Shown: positions 7,024 through 16,489 of the stretch, piece by piece
How positions within the stretch are numbered: the stretch's first letter is position 1
Layout: each line of letters opens with the position of its first letter
Origin: Planctomycetota bacterium
GTDB lineage: Bacteria > Planctomycetota > JACOTG01
NCBI GenBank assembly: GCA_016178505.1
Contig: JACOTG010000190.1
Location: 16,939-80,938, forward strand
Length of the DNA stretch: 64,000 bases
Direction of reading: 5' to 3'
Made by a program: the position numbers and the translations under genes
The notes under the pieces: generated by a model
What the model was told of the DNA's origin: nothing
What the model saw: the letters and a program-made list of their open reading frames with translations, nothing else
Database searches by the model: none

Positions 7024-8379
7024 TCACGGACAGCGTTGCTGGTTCGCCTCGTACGCTCCCATGTCTACGAGCGGGGCGCTCCCGGAGCCCGAATCCGTCG
7101 CCAGAGGATCGTCGGCACGACGAGCGCAATCCAGAATGTCCAAGGGCAGCGGCTCCGCGGTGTCTCCATCGCCGTCGACGTCGAGGAAGTCTGGGATCAC
7201 GAGAGCGTTGCTTCCCGCGTCGTTGACCGGCGAACCCGGAGCGGGTTGGTCGACCGTCAGAAACTGTGGGTCGACTTGGATGTTGCCCGTCCCCGGATAC
7301 CCTCCTTGAACGTCCGAGTAGCGAACGTCCAGACCGGTGCCGAAGATCGACGGGCTGGAAGGCGCAGAATTGTTCCACAGAATCGAATTGTAGATTCGAG
7401 CGATCGCTGGCATGGTCTGATTGGTAACCGCGTAAAGCACGCCTCCGATCTCAAGGGCCTTGTTCTCGACGAAGGTGCAGTTGTAGAAGTCACCTTCCCC
7501 GCTCGATTGGGCTCCCCCCTTAATGTAGGCGACTCCTCCCCGACGTGCTGTGTTGGCGATGAAGACGCAGTTGGCATATTGGATCACAATGGGGGGGGAG
7601 GATGAGTCCACATAGAGCACGCCTCCCAGGTTGTCGGTCTTGTTCTCGATGAATCGAGTGTCGACCGCTTGAAGCGTGCCGGTGAAGCTATTGACGGCTC
7701 CCCCTCGAATCGTCGCGGTGTTCCGCTCGACCGTGCATCGCAGGAGGTGGACGACTCCGAAGTTCTGCACGGAGATGGCGCCACCCCGATCGGCGGCGTT
7801 GTCGTTCAACGTGCAGTTGTACAGCTTCACGCGAGGGTTGAATGAACCGGGGTTCGTGAGGCCGATGGCGATTCCCCCGCCGCTGTCCTGCCCGACGGCG
7901 TAACCGCCGGTGATCCGGAACCCGTTGATCCTGACGAATCCCGATGCGGAAAAGCTCGGAAGCAAGATCACGTGGTACGCGTTGTCGGACGTGACACCTT
8001 GGACTCCGACGTCGCCGCTCAGGATCGTGTCGTCGAAGAGCGCGGGATCGCGCTGGCTGATGCTCGTTTCCGTGCCGGCGAAGCCACCAAAGAGCCGCCG
8101 AGGGGCCGTCATCGTGAAGCTCGCGCTGCGAGGATCGGCTGGATTCGATCGCGTCGTAGGGTAGTAGGTCCCGGCGGCTACCCAGATTTGGTCGGCTGTG
8201 GCGGCGAGATCGAGCGCAGGCTGCAACGTGTCGAATGCCGTCTGCCAACTGGACCCATCGCCACCCGGCGCGGCGGAGGCATCGACGTACCAAATCGTCT
8301 GGGCGTTGGTTCTCTGCGGCAAAGCGAGGGCCGCGCAGGCGGACAACACGAACCACAAGGCGAGACGGTCGAGATACAT
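7024..8379 (-). CDS. Secreted right-handed parallel beta-helix protein (polymorphic-outer-membrane-protein-like repeats)
   Basis: Track ORF 7024..8487. I prefer ATG 8379, which has GGAGGA 6 nt upstream and gives MYLDRLALWFVLSACAALALPQRTNAQ. Motifs: WYVDASAAPGGDGSSWQTAF, recurring GGAI/GGAV/GGVL..N.F.N turns, and RYSDVQGGYPGTGNI near the C-terminus. Confidence 0.85.
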   Translation of the reverse strand: MYLDRLALWFVLSACAALALPQRTNAQTIWYVDASAAPGGDGSSWQTAFDTLQPALDLAATADQIWVAAGTYYPTTRSNPADPRSASFTMTAPRRLFGGFAGTETSISQRDPALFDDTILSGDVGVQGVTSDNAYHVILLPSFSASGFVRINGFRITGGYAVGQDSGGGIAIGLTNPGSFNPRVKLYNCTLNDNAADRGGAISVQNFGVVHLLRCTVERNTATIRGGAVNSFTGTLQAVDTRFIENKTDNLGGVLYVDSSSPPIVIQYANCVFIANTARRGGVAYIKGGAQSSGEGDFYNCTFVENKALEIGGVLYAVTNQTMPAIARIYNSILWNNSAPSSPSIFGTGLDVRYSDVQGGYPGTGNIQVDPQFLTVDQPAPGSPVNDAGSNALVIPDFLDVDGDGDTAEPLPLDILDCARRADDPLATDSGSGSAPLVDMGAYEANQQRCP

Positions 8380-8674
8380 GAGATTCCTCCGAAAGAGTAG
8401 GACACGGTTCCGGGGCCATCGGAGCTGCGAACGCACACGGTGGCACGAACGAGAGGCAGTGCAACTTCTCGATCCTCGATGCAGCACGCCAATCCTATCG
8501 TCGGGCCACGACGAACGGTCTGCCCGATGTCTAAGCCGTCGGAGTCCGAGGCCGCCGTGGCGATGGGCTTCGTTATGCCTCGCGTCTCGACACTCCAGTT
8601 CGCGAAGTTAATGGCCTGCGGACAACTGATCCGTTGCAGAAATCTTTTTAGACCGATCGACGCGCCGGCGCGCG

Positions 8675-8703
8675 TTGACATCCGAGTTCTCGTTGGATAG
8701 TTT
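8675..8703 (+). promoter_or_regulatory. Sigma-70-like promoter candidate (TTGACA-17 nt-TAGTTT) for the sigma-fusion gene
   Basis: TTGACA at 8675-8680, a 17 nt spacer, TAGTTT at 8698-8703, ATG at 8713. It lies in a locally AT-rich stretch with no SD motif before the ATG. Confidence 0.35.
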
Positions 8704-8712
8704 GAAATCTTA

Positions 8713-11400
8713 ATGGCTCCATTTCTTCACGAACCGCGGCAGTTCGAGGTGCTCTGGCGTGATCTCGTTCGCTTCCTCCGCCGCCAGCTCACACACCGCG
8801 GTGAGTGCGATGACATCGCTCAGGAAGCGATGATCAGGGCGCTCGAGCATCCGCCCGGGGACTCGAGTCAGATCCGCAGCTGGCTCCGACTGGTTGCGCT
8901 GCGTCGGGCGTCGCGCGTCGCGCGACGCGAGCGCGCGAGGCGATCGCGCGAGGAGGCGATTGCCAGGCCCGAGGCGATCCCGCTCGTTCGTGAGCGATCG
9001 GATCCTATTTCTTCGCTCGCCCTCCGCTGTGTTCACGAGCTAAGCGAGCCGTACCGCACCGTAGTCCGGATGCGATACCTCGAGGAGCACTCGATCGAGG
9101 AGATCGCAGTCCTCCTTCAGCGCCCTCAGGCGACCGTTCGCTCGCAGCTCAAGCGCGGACTGGATCGATTGCGGCAGAGACTCGAGGCGCACGAGCGCCC
9201 ACGGCGCACCGGTATGCTCGGCGCGCTTCCGGCGTTCCTCGCATGGCTGCGCCGGCGTCCGCGCGTCGCGAGCTGCGCGGCCGTTGTGATCGGACTCGTC
9301 CTCACGACGATCCTCCTTCGATTCCCGCTCCGCGGCACCGCCCCAACGGTGCTTGCCCGTGGACCGGGTGCGGTGCCGGCGGAGGCTGGCGCTGTAGGCG
9401 CAGCACCGCTTTCAGCTGCGGAACCGTCGAGCGACGTTGCCTCGCGATCGCTCGAGGGCGCATCTGACGAGCGGAGGAGGTCGTGGTCGGTCGATCTCGA
9501 AGGCACTGTCCTCGACGTCGACAGGTCCCCCGTTCCCGATGCGGAGATCGTCTTGGGTTATGCGGAGGGAACGAGCCGGCGAGTCGTAGCGCGCTCCGAC
9601 ATTTCGGGCTCGTACCGAGCGGCGAATGTCGACGCGCTCGAGTGGGTCTGGGCCAAGAAGGACGGCCGACTGCCCGCGCGACGCCAGCTCGTTGGATCCG
9701 CCCACCGCGGCAAATTGGACCTCGAGTTGAGCAAGGACGAAGGACGGCTGCGCGGTCGAATCATTGCCGCTACCGGCGCTCCGGTTGCCGGAGCGCGGGT
9801 CGTCTGCCGCTACGAGCGACCGAATCCGGATCGCCACGTCATCGGTGCCGAACTCACGCTCGTCCTCGGGGTGCAGGCGGAAGTTGCGGTGACCGACGGC
9901 GACGGTCGCTTCCAGATCCTGCGACCGACGAATCCGAATCAATACCCGGCGTTCTTGTTCATTCGCGCCGATGGCCAGCCGCCGCAGCTCCATCCCGTTC
10001 CAGACGACATCGGCGAGCGCGAGATCGAGCTTCGGTTGCCGCCACCAGGCCGACTGGCGGGACGGATCGTCGGCCGCGATGGAATGCCAGTGGCGAACGC
10101 GCCGCTCGAGGTTCTCCTGCCAGCGCCTTTCGACGCTCGCCGAGCGACGACGAACGATTGGGGCGAGTATGACATCGATGGACTCCCTCGCTCTCCTTAC
10201 GCCCTTCGTTTGCTTCGCCACACGAGCGGAGCACTGGAGTCATGCTTCGTGAGGGGAGAAATCGGCGACGAGAATCCGTCGGCTCAGTCGATGGTGCTCA
10301 CGGAGGATTCGATCCTGCATGGACGCGTCGTGGAGAGCGGAGCACCCGTGGCGGGCCGTCGCATCCGGCTCCGTCAGAGCCTCGTGGACGGATTCCCACC
10401 GGATGACCGAAGCGAGTTGACCGGCGAGGATGGAACGTTCGTGTTCACCGGTTGCGATCCGAACGGCCGCTTCTGCGTCCAGCTCCTGGATGCCAGCGGC
10501 CGCTTCGTGCACGCGGAGGTGAGGGAGTTGACTCCGTCGAGGGATCCGTTGCGCCTCGAGACCGACGGCCCAGCAGCCCTCGGAACCCTCAGCGCCATCT
10601 GCCACGCAGACGGTGTGACGCTTCCGACGATGGTCGCGGTGCACGGAGTCAGTCTGCAAGATCCGTTGATCTTGCCCATAGAGGCCGACGGCTCGTTCTC
10701 CACGCCGCCCATTCCGGTCGGCCGGTATCTCTTGCGCTTCTGGATTCCGTCGGTTGGGACCTGGGGCATGGCGCACGACCTCACAGCAGATGCCCCTCCC
10801 GCTCGATTCGAGTTCGGGCGACCTGGCTCGCTGGAGATCCGAGTCCTCACGCCGCATGGAGAGATCCTTCCGGAGTCGATCCGAGTGAATGTGTCGGTGC
10901 TACCGTTTCTCGACATGCCGGGATTGAAAACATGGCGAACGCTGGCGCTCGACAACGGCATCTTTCGCGCGGATCTTCCGCCGGGCGATCACTATCAGCT
11001 TCAGGTTCGCGCTGCCGGCTTTTCGGACGAGCTGCGTCGCGTCACCATCGAGGGAGGTAGGACTGCCATTCAGGAGGTCCGGCTACAGGAAAGCATCCCC
11101 ATGCGAATCGAGCTCGTCGGCTCCGGCGACATCCGGCGAGAACGCTTCACGATCACTCTCGAGGAATCGGATCAAACGCAGCAGTCGATCGGTCACGTGA
11201 ACGAACGGAAGGGGGTGAAAAACGTGATCGATCTCAGGATGGATCTTCCAAAGGACCTCGTCGGGATTCGAGTCCGCTCATTGGGCGGACTGTGGGGTCG
11301 CATGCCAGTCGCACCAGCCGAGCTCATCCCAAACGGCGTTCTCACGGTCAAGCTGGAACCGCCTACCGAGCGGCAGCTCCGCAAATCTCAATCTCGTTGA
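8713..11400 (+). CDS. ECF sigma-70 family domain fused via one TM helix to a large extracytoplasmic carboxypeptidase-regulatory-like repeat domain
   Basis: Region 2: ECDDIAQEAMIRAL..IRSWLRLVALRRASRVARRE. Region 4: LSEPYRTVVRMRYLEEHSIEEIAVLLQRPQATVRSQLKRGLDRLRQRL. TM helix: VASCAAVVIGLVLTTILL. About 690 aa follow, with recurring L.GR(I/V)V...G.PVA.A...DG.F units. Confidence 0.85.
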   Translation: MAPFLHEPRQFEVLWRDLVRFLRRQLTHRGECDDIAQEAMIRALEHPPGDSSQIRSWLRLVALRRASRVARRERARRSREEAIARPEAIPLVRERSDPISSLALRCVHELSEPYRTVVRMRYLEEHSIEEIAVLLQRPQATVRSQLKRGLDRLRQRLEAHERPRRTGMLGALPAFLAWLRRRPRVASCAAVVIGLVLTTILLRFPLRGTAPTVLARGPGAVPAEAGAVGAAPLSAAEPSSDVASRSLEGASDERRRSWSVDLEGTVLDVDRSPVPDAEIVLGYAEGTSRRVVARSDISGSYRAANVDALEWVWAKKDGRLPARRQLVGSAHRGKLDLELSKDEGRLRGRIIAATGAPVAGARVVCRYERPNPDRHVIGAELTLVLGVQAEVAVTDGDGRFQILRPTNPNQYPAFLFIRADGQPPQLHPVPDDIGEREIELRLPPPGRLAGRIVGRDGMPVANAPLEVLLPAPFDARRATTNDWGEYDIDGLPRSPYALRLLRHTSGALESCFVRGEIGDENPSAQSMVLTEDSILHGRVVESGAPVAGRRIRLRQSLVDGFPPDDRSELTGEDGTFVFTGCDPNGRFCVQLLDASGRFVHAEVRELTPSRDPLRLETDGPAALGTLSAICHADGVTLPTMVAVHGVSLQDPLILPIEADGSFSTPPIPVGRYLLRFWIPSVGTWGMAHDLTADAPPARFEFGRPGSLEIRVLTPHGEILPESIRVNVSVLPFLDMPGLKTWRTLALDNGIFRADLPPGDHYQLQVRAAGFSDELRRVTIEGGRTAIQEVRLQESIPMRIELVGSGDIRRERFTITLEESDQTQQSIGHVNERKGVKNVIDLRMDLPKDLVGIRVRSLGGLWGRMPVAPAELIPNGVLTVKLEPPTERQLRKSQSR

Positions 11401-11620
11401 TCCAGTCGTGAGACAGGACGACGAAGGCGAAGAGCATCCGAAACGTCGCGGTCAGTCCTTGGTTGCACGGATCCAGGAAAAGCTGTGCGATGTCCTGAAG
11501 GCTCTTGGGACCCTCCTCGAATGGAAGTTGTGATGCGAAATGCGAACCGACAATACCAGGCTCGGTGAACTCGTATGTGAAGAACTGCTCGCTGCACGCA
11601 TCCGATTCGATCAGCAGCAC
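11363..11620 (-). CDS. Hypothetical 85 aa protein (lower GC), immediately downstream of the DinB gene
   Basis: GTG start. Protein-like, non-Arg-rich sequence: (M)LLIESDACSEQFFTYEFTEPGIVGSHFASQLPFEEGPKSLQDIAQLFLDPCNQGLTATFRMLFAFVVLSHDWINEIEI. No SD and no recognised family. Its 3' end overlaps the convergent gene by 38 nt. Confidence 0.35.
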   Translation of the reverse strand: MLLIESDACSEQFFTYEFTEPGIVGSHFASQLPFEEGPKSLQDIAQLFLDPCNQGLTATFRMLFAFVVLSHDWINEIEICGAAAR

Positions 11621-11636
11621 GCCACTCGCTCGCGGG

Positions 11637-12188
11637 TCACCGCGGGTGCGTAAACCCGCACTCCTTCCACAACCTCTCCCAAGTCCACATTCCGTAGTTG
11701 GCTTTTTTCGGCAACGGAAACCCGAGTTGACCTGCGAGCATGCACACTTGACCCCGGTGATGGCTGTCGTGCGAAATCATGTAGGCGAACATGGCGGCGC
11801 CGACAGGCCACGGCCGCGCCCAGCCGTCGCGGCGGAACTTCTCGTTGCGGATCGCAGGATTCGCAAGCGCGTCGGCAAGCATCTGGCAACAGCGGGCCGC
11901 GCTCTCGGCGAGAGCAGACTGGGTCTGTTTCGGCGTGCACCGGGCTCGGTCGAGCGGGGCCGGCAGGTTCAAATGTGGAGCGGAGAGCCGCAGCCACTTG
12001 CGACGGATATTGTGGACGTGCGAGAAGATCGCCGCGATGGTGCGTCCCTTGCCGCCGGGCGGTTTGGCTCGCCACGCTCGCGGATCAAGATTCTCGAGCA
12101 CGATTTGGTTCATGCGGTCGTTGACAGCGTAGGCTTCCGCCATCACCCGGCAAGACTCCGTAGCGGGTGCCGCAGTGATTCGCACCAT
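11637..12188 (-). CDS. DinB-family (four-helix-bundle metal-binding) protein
   Basis: AAIFSHVHNIRRKWL near the N-terminus and MISHDSHHRGQVCMLAGQLGFPLP near the C-terminus are typical DinB His motifs. Confidence 0.9.
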   Translation of the reverse strand: MVRITAAPATESCRVMAEAYAVNDRMNQIVLENLDPRAWRAKPPGGKGRTIAAIFSHVHNIRRKWLRLSAPHLNLPAPLDRARCTPKQTQSALAESAARCCQMLADALANPAIRNEKFRRDGWARPWPVGAAMFAYMISHDSHHRGQVCMLAGQLGFPLPKKANYGMWTWERLWKECGFTHPR

Positions 12189-12507
12189 GATGCCTCCTTG
12201 CTGCCTGGAAGGCTAACGTGCGGGCCTCTGCGAAGGCAACGAGGCACAGCGGCGTGGTGTGCAGATTTCCACCGGCGCCGACACCGTTGACGCGGCGGTC
12301 ACGGGAACTCGAAGCGCAGGACACGGGAGGGAGAACATCACGGCCTTGGGGACCCATTGCTCGCGCCGACGTCGCACGGATTAGGAGCGATCGCGCGTCG
12401 TGAATGCCTCGGCGGGCTGCCGAACGTCTACGACTGCGCCGCAGGGCGAACTCTAGTGACGCCGCGCGGCAAAGCCACTGTGGAGTTTCTGCACGTTGCA
12501 GCGTCGG

Positions 12508-13998
12508 CTAATCGGGAGCCACCGACACGCGAAGCAGTCCCAACTCACATAGCGTCCTGATCAACAAGACGATTTCTTTTTCGTGAATGAACTCGCCCAG
12601 GGTAGTTCGGAGAGACTCGACGATCTCCCTAATCGTGCGCTTACCGTCGATCCGCTCGAAGAACTCATCGAGAAACCCCGCCGCTTCCGCCGGAAGATCC
12701 AATGCAAGAAGATCCTCGGACCCAGCATGAATCGCCAACCTCATCACCGCATCGACGCTCTTGGCCTTGAAGCGCCTCTGACTCGCGATCGAGATCGTGA
12801 TGCGGTCCGATCGACTGGGTTGGCGACGGAGGATGGAATCTCCTCTTCCGGAGAAGTAGTCGGCGAACGCTCGTTCACGCCCCCCAGTGGTAGACGGGTT
12901 CTTTCGCCAAACGGCGAATTCGTTGCAGTGGATCGCCGTGCCTCGCCAGCGCGAGAGGGAGGACATGTCCAAATGGGTGCATCGCTCTCGCGACGCCTTC
13001 ACCAGATCAAACCCGACGCCAGAGAAGAACCCAGACAAGTCCACGTGTGCGGCCGCGTCCTCGCTCGTCAATCCACCGGGAAGCCCGAAGCTCAACCAAA
13101 GCCCTCCCGGCACGAGAACGCGGTGAAGCTCGGCGGCAAGCGACCGTTGGTCTGGCATGAGGTCCAGCAAGTACTGGGAAGCCACGCACGACACGCTGGC
13201 ATCGGCGAACGGTAGCCGCGACGCGTCCGCGGCAACGAGGTGGATTGGGGACGGGCGCGGCTTCGGACCCTTCAGCCGAACCGTCGTCTGCTCGAGCGGA
13301 ACCCGGTCACTCGGAAAGTTGAAGGACAGCGTCAACTCGCCGCCCCGAAGCAGCCTTCCCGCAAACAATAGTGCCGGGATGGAAATGTCGACCCCCGCGG
13401 TTTCCTCGAAAAGAGGGGAGAGTTCGTAGAGGAGTCCGCTCCCGCCGCAGCCGACCACGGCGACGACCTCCCGCGCTCCCGCACCGTAATCCTCGATGGC
13501 GGCGCGAAACACCGAAGCAATGAACGACGCTTCCTCGGTTCCAGACCAGTCTCTGTACAGGTAGGGGAGCACGAACTTGAACGGCCAACGGTTTGGAGGC
13601 AACGAGAAGCGCGCCAGCAAGCTCTCCTCCGCCGGCCGTCGAGCCAAATACTCTTCGATCGGGCCCGACAACTCTTTGAGAGCCCTCCGGTTTTCGTCGG
13701 ACGCGCGTGCTCCCGCGACGAGGTGGGCTTGGATCGCTCGGGCCATTGCGTCTACGGATTGGAGCGAAGGAGAGGGCTCGCGCACCCCGCCGCCGTCTCC
13801 GGAAGACTCGCTGATTTCATCCAGATGCGCACGGAGGAGTCCATCCGGATTCACGTGCAGAATGCGAATCCCGGCGAGAAGCGGATAGGACCCATTGCAC
13901 TCGCTGCAGTTGAGTACTCCTTCCGAGCCCTCACGCAGCGGTGACTCGCATAGCACGCACTGAAAGCGAAGTTTCGAGTGGACGCGTTCCGAGTCCAT
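12508..13998 (-). CDS. Trm112-like Zn-ribbon / class I SAM methyltransferase / PqqD-like (RRE-like) C-terminal domain protein
   Basis: N-terminus: LRFQCVLCESPLREGSEGVLNCSECNGSYPLLAGIRIL (two CxxC pairs). SAM motif I: VVAVVGCGGSGLLYEL. Post-I/II region: ADASVSCVASQYLLDLMPDQRSLAAELHRVLVPGGLWLSF. C-terminus: FLDEFFERIDGKRTIREIVESLRTTLGEFIHEKEIVLLIRTLCELGLLRV, which resembles PqqD-family winged helices. Confidence 0.85.
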   Translation of the reverse strand: MDSERVHSKLRFQCVLCESPLREGSEGVLNCSECNGSYPLLAGIRILHVNPDGLLRAHLDEISESSGDGGGVREPSPSLQSVDAMARAIQAHLVAGARASDENRRALKELSGPIEEYLARRPAEESLLARFSLPPNRWPFKFVLPYLYRDWSGTEEASFIASVFRAAIEDYGAGAREVVAVVGCGGSGLLYELSPLFEETAGVDISIPALLFAGRLLRGGELTLSFNFPSDRVPLEQTTVRLKGPKPRPSPIHLVAADASRLPFADASVSCVASQYLLDLMPDQRSLAAELHRVLVPGGLWLSFGLPGGLTSEDAAAHVDLSGFFSGVGFDLVKASRERCTHLDMSSLSRWRGTAIHCNEFAVWRKNPSTTGGRERAFADYFSGRGDSILRRQPSRSDRITISIASQRRFKAKSVDAVMRLAIHAGSEDLLALDLPAEAAGFLDEFFERIDGKRTIREIVESLRTTLGEFIHEKEIVLLIRTLCELGLLRVSVAPD

Positions 13999-14373
13999 TC
14001 CGAGGTGCTCTCCGATGACGGCCTGTCGGTAGCCACGACTCCATCCGGGGGCAATCTACGTCGGAACCAAATGATTGTCCCTTCCGAAAAGGTCATCCGA
14101 CGGATTCCGTCACGTCACGACCTTCACGAAGTTGGAGCCTCGCTCCGATGCGCGGGCCGGCCCCGAGACTTCCCAGGAATTCCAAGAGCTGGGCGATGAG
14201 ATTCGCGATGACTCGGCGGCGGTTCATCACGCGGTTCGACGCGGACGGCGGAATTCCCATTTCCGATTGCACGAAAACGCAGCTTGCGATGGACCTGGTT
14301 CGTCGCAGCGCAAGAGCCGCCGGTTGGTGCGCTCGATGGACTGGCTCGAAGGCGAATCGTCCAAGGAGGCGAC

Positions 14374-16413
14374 ATGAGAACCATCGGCAGATTCCTGGCT
14401 CCCGGAGTCTTGGCAGTCGCGGGAACGATCGCCCTCGCCGAGGCACCGCCGGACGCCACCATTCCCCGAGTACCCAACCCTCCGCTGAGCAGCGACCTGG
14501 CGAACCTGCCGGGTGACCTGCGGGCCGTCGCGGTGCCGACGCCATCGAATCTCGGTGACTTCGTCAAGGACCCCGTGATGGCGCGTGCCCTCGGCAAGGC
14601 ACTCTTCTGGGACATGCAGGTCGGGAGCGACGGCGTGCAGGCTTGTGCGAGCTGCCACTTCCGCGCCGGTGCCGATCCGCGGTCGAAGAACCAGGTGAGC
14701 CCGGGCCTCAAGCACGCGCCCAGCGCGGACCTCACCTACTCGACAGGCAGCGGTCCGAACCACCAGCTCGAGGCCGCGGATTTCCCCCTGACGCGGCTCG
14801 CCATTCCGGGCGTCCGCGGCGCGCTCGATCCAACGACCGATAGCAACGACGCCGTGGCATCGCAGGGCATTCGTCACCCTCGCAATGAAGCCGACCCCCA
14901 GGGCTTCGTCGTCAGTGGGGTGAACACCCGCCGGGTCGAGCCGCGCAACACTCCATCGGTGATCAATGCGGTGTTCAACCATCGCCAGTTCTGGGACGGG
15001 CGGGCCGAGAACGTCTTCAACGGCGTCAATCATCTCGGCCAACGTGATCCCAGTGCCAAGCTCTATCGCGCCGACGATCCGCGGCACCCCGTGGAAGTGC
15101 GGGTCGAGCTCGTGAACGCCAGTCTCGCGTCGCAGGCGGTGGCGCCGGTCGTCAGCGACCTCGAGATGGCCGCACCCGGCCGCACTCGCTTGGACGTCGG
15201 CAGGGCACTGGCTCGAGGTCATCGCGACGACGGCAAGAGGGTCACGAAAGTCCGTCCGCTGGGCAGGCAGAGGGTTTCGCCGACCGACAGCATGCTCGGC
15301 TCGATGAGCCGCTGGCCCCAGAATGGCCTCAGGTTCAGCAGATACGATCAGATGATCAAGGAAGCGTTTTGGGAGAAGTGGTGGAGATCCAGTAAGCTCA
15401 TCCACGTGAACGCGGACGGATCCACGACCTTGGTGTCACGGAATGACGGGGAGTGCGAGGACGGTGCCTGCGACGAGAACGAGTACTCGCTCATCCAATA
15501 CAACTTCTCACTTTTCTTCGGGATTGCGATCCAGCTCTACGAGGCGACCCTCGTCTCCGACGATACGCCGTGGGACCGCTTCCGTCGCGCACATCCCACG
15601 TCGACCGACCCCGACTTGAACCCCTGGACCAACGTGAGCCCGAACCCCATCAGCCGCCTCGCCCTTTTCGGCGCCCACCTGTTCAACGACCGGACTCGCG
15701 AGCCCGCCGGGCACGTCCGCTGTTCGAACTGCCACGAGCAGAACGAGCTGACGGACGCGTCCGTCCGCCGCATCGCATCCGCAGTCAACGGGCCGGTGCG
15801 CAATCGCGACGGCAACGTCATCGACAAGGGCTTCAACAACATTGGCGTCCGGCCCACCGACAACGACCTCGGCGCCGGCGCCAGCGACGCGTTCGGCCCG
15901 CTCTCGTTCACGCGCCGGCTCTTCCCAGACTTGCCCCCCGGCACGTTCGATGGCGCGATCGTGAGCAAGGGGTTCGGAGTCGACGGCGCATTCAAGGTCC
16001 CGTCGCTGCGCAATGTCGCTCTCACGGCGCCGTACTTCCACAACGGCGACGCGCGCACCCTGCACGAGGTGGTGGAGCTGTACAGCCGCGGCGGCAACGT
16101 GGCGCCGATCCAGGCGCAGGACGGCACCCTCATCGAGCCGCTCGGGATCCCATCGCTGAACTCCGACGAGATCGACGCGATCGTCGCCTTCTTGGACACG
16201 CTCACCGATGAGCGGGTCCTCTATCAGCGCGCCCCGTTCGACCACCCGCAGATCTTCGTGCCGAACGGGCATCCAGGGGATTCGTACTGGACGAGCGACA
16301 CGGACGGCGATGGCCTTGCCGACGACGTGATGGTCGAGATTCCGGCGGTCGGTGCCGCCGGTGGCAATCCAATTCCGGGCTTTCTCGAGGGCGTGTTCGG
16401 GTCGACCCCCTAG
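14374..16413 (+). CDS. Di-haem cytochrome c peroxidase / MauG-family protein (long form)
   Basis: Track ORF starts at 14284. ATG 14374 has AAGGAGG 4 nt upstream and a signal peptide [22 protein letters not shown]. Two CxxCH haem motifs are present: CASCHF and CSNCHE. C-terminal motifs [31 protein letters not shown] are typical of the CCP family. Confidence 0.9.
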   Translation: MRTIGRFLAPGVLAVAGTIALAEAPPDATIPRVPNPPLSSDLANLPGDLRAVAVPTPSNLGDFVKDPVMARALGKALFWDMQVGSDGVQACASCHFRAGADPRSKNQVSPGLKHAPSADLTYSTGSGPNHQLEAADFPLTRLAIPGVRGALDPTTDSNDAVASQGIRHPRNEADPQGFVVSGVNTRRVEPRNTPSVINAVFNHRQFWDGRAENVFNGVNHLGQRDPSAKLYRADDPRHPVEVRVELVNASLASQAVAPVVSDLEMAAPGRTRLDVGRALARGHRDDGKRVTKVRPLGRQRVSPTDSMLGSMSRWPQNGLRFSRYDQMIKEAFWEKWWRSSKLIHVNADGSTTLVSRNDGECEDGACDENEYSLIQYNFSLFFGIAIQLYEATLVSDDTPWDRFRRAHPTSTDPDLNPWTNVSPNPISRLALFGAHLFNDRTREPAGHVRCSNCHEQNELTDASVRRIASAVNGPVRNRDGNVIDKGFNNIGVRPTDNDLGAGASDAFGPLSFTRRLFPDLPPGTFDGAIVSKGFGVDGAFKVPSLRNVALTAPYFHNGDARTLHEVVELYSRGGNVAPIQAQDGTLIEPLGIPSLNSDEIDAIVAFLDTLTDERVLYQRAPFDHPQIFVPNGHPGDSYWTSDTDGDGLADDVMVEIPAVGAAGGNPIPGFLEGVFGSTP

Positions 16414-16489
16414 AGGTTTCGCGAGGCGTAGGCCCCCCGTGAAGTTGGAGGCGCACGGCCTCCACGGCCGCAAGCCGACCGTTCGCGTG

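Noticed and set aside
8400-8460. A GGAACC motif on the minus strand upstream of the beta-helix gene. I considered it as an ECF-type -35 element that would link the gene to the neighbouring sigma fusion.
   Set aside because: There is no CGT-type -10 element at the right spacing. The motif sits only about 28 nt before the ATG, overlapping the SD region.
14170-14262. Two GGAATTCC palindromes about 72 bp apart in the methyltransferase / di-haem intergenic region.
   Set aside because: An 8-mer palindrome occurring twice is weak evidence, and I know of no regulator with this site in bacteria.
14075-14377. A 100 aa ORF in the divergent intergenic region between the methyltransferase and the di-haem gene. 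I considered it as a substrate or precursor gene.
   Set aside because: It is Arg/Ser-rich, lacks an SD and runs into the start of the peroxidase gene. It looks like intergenic noise.
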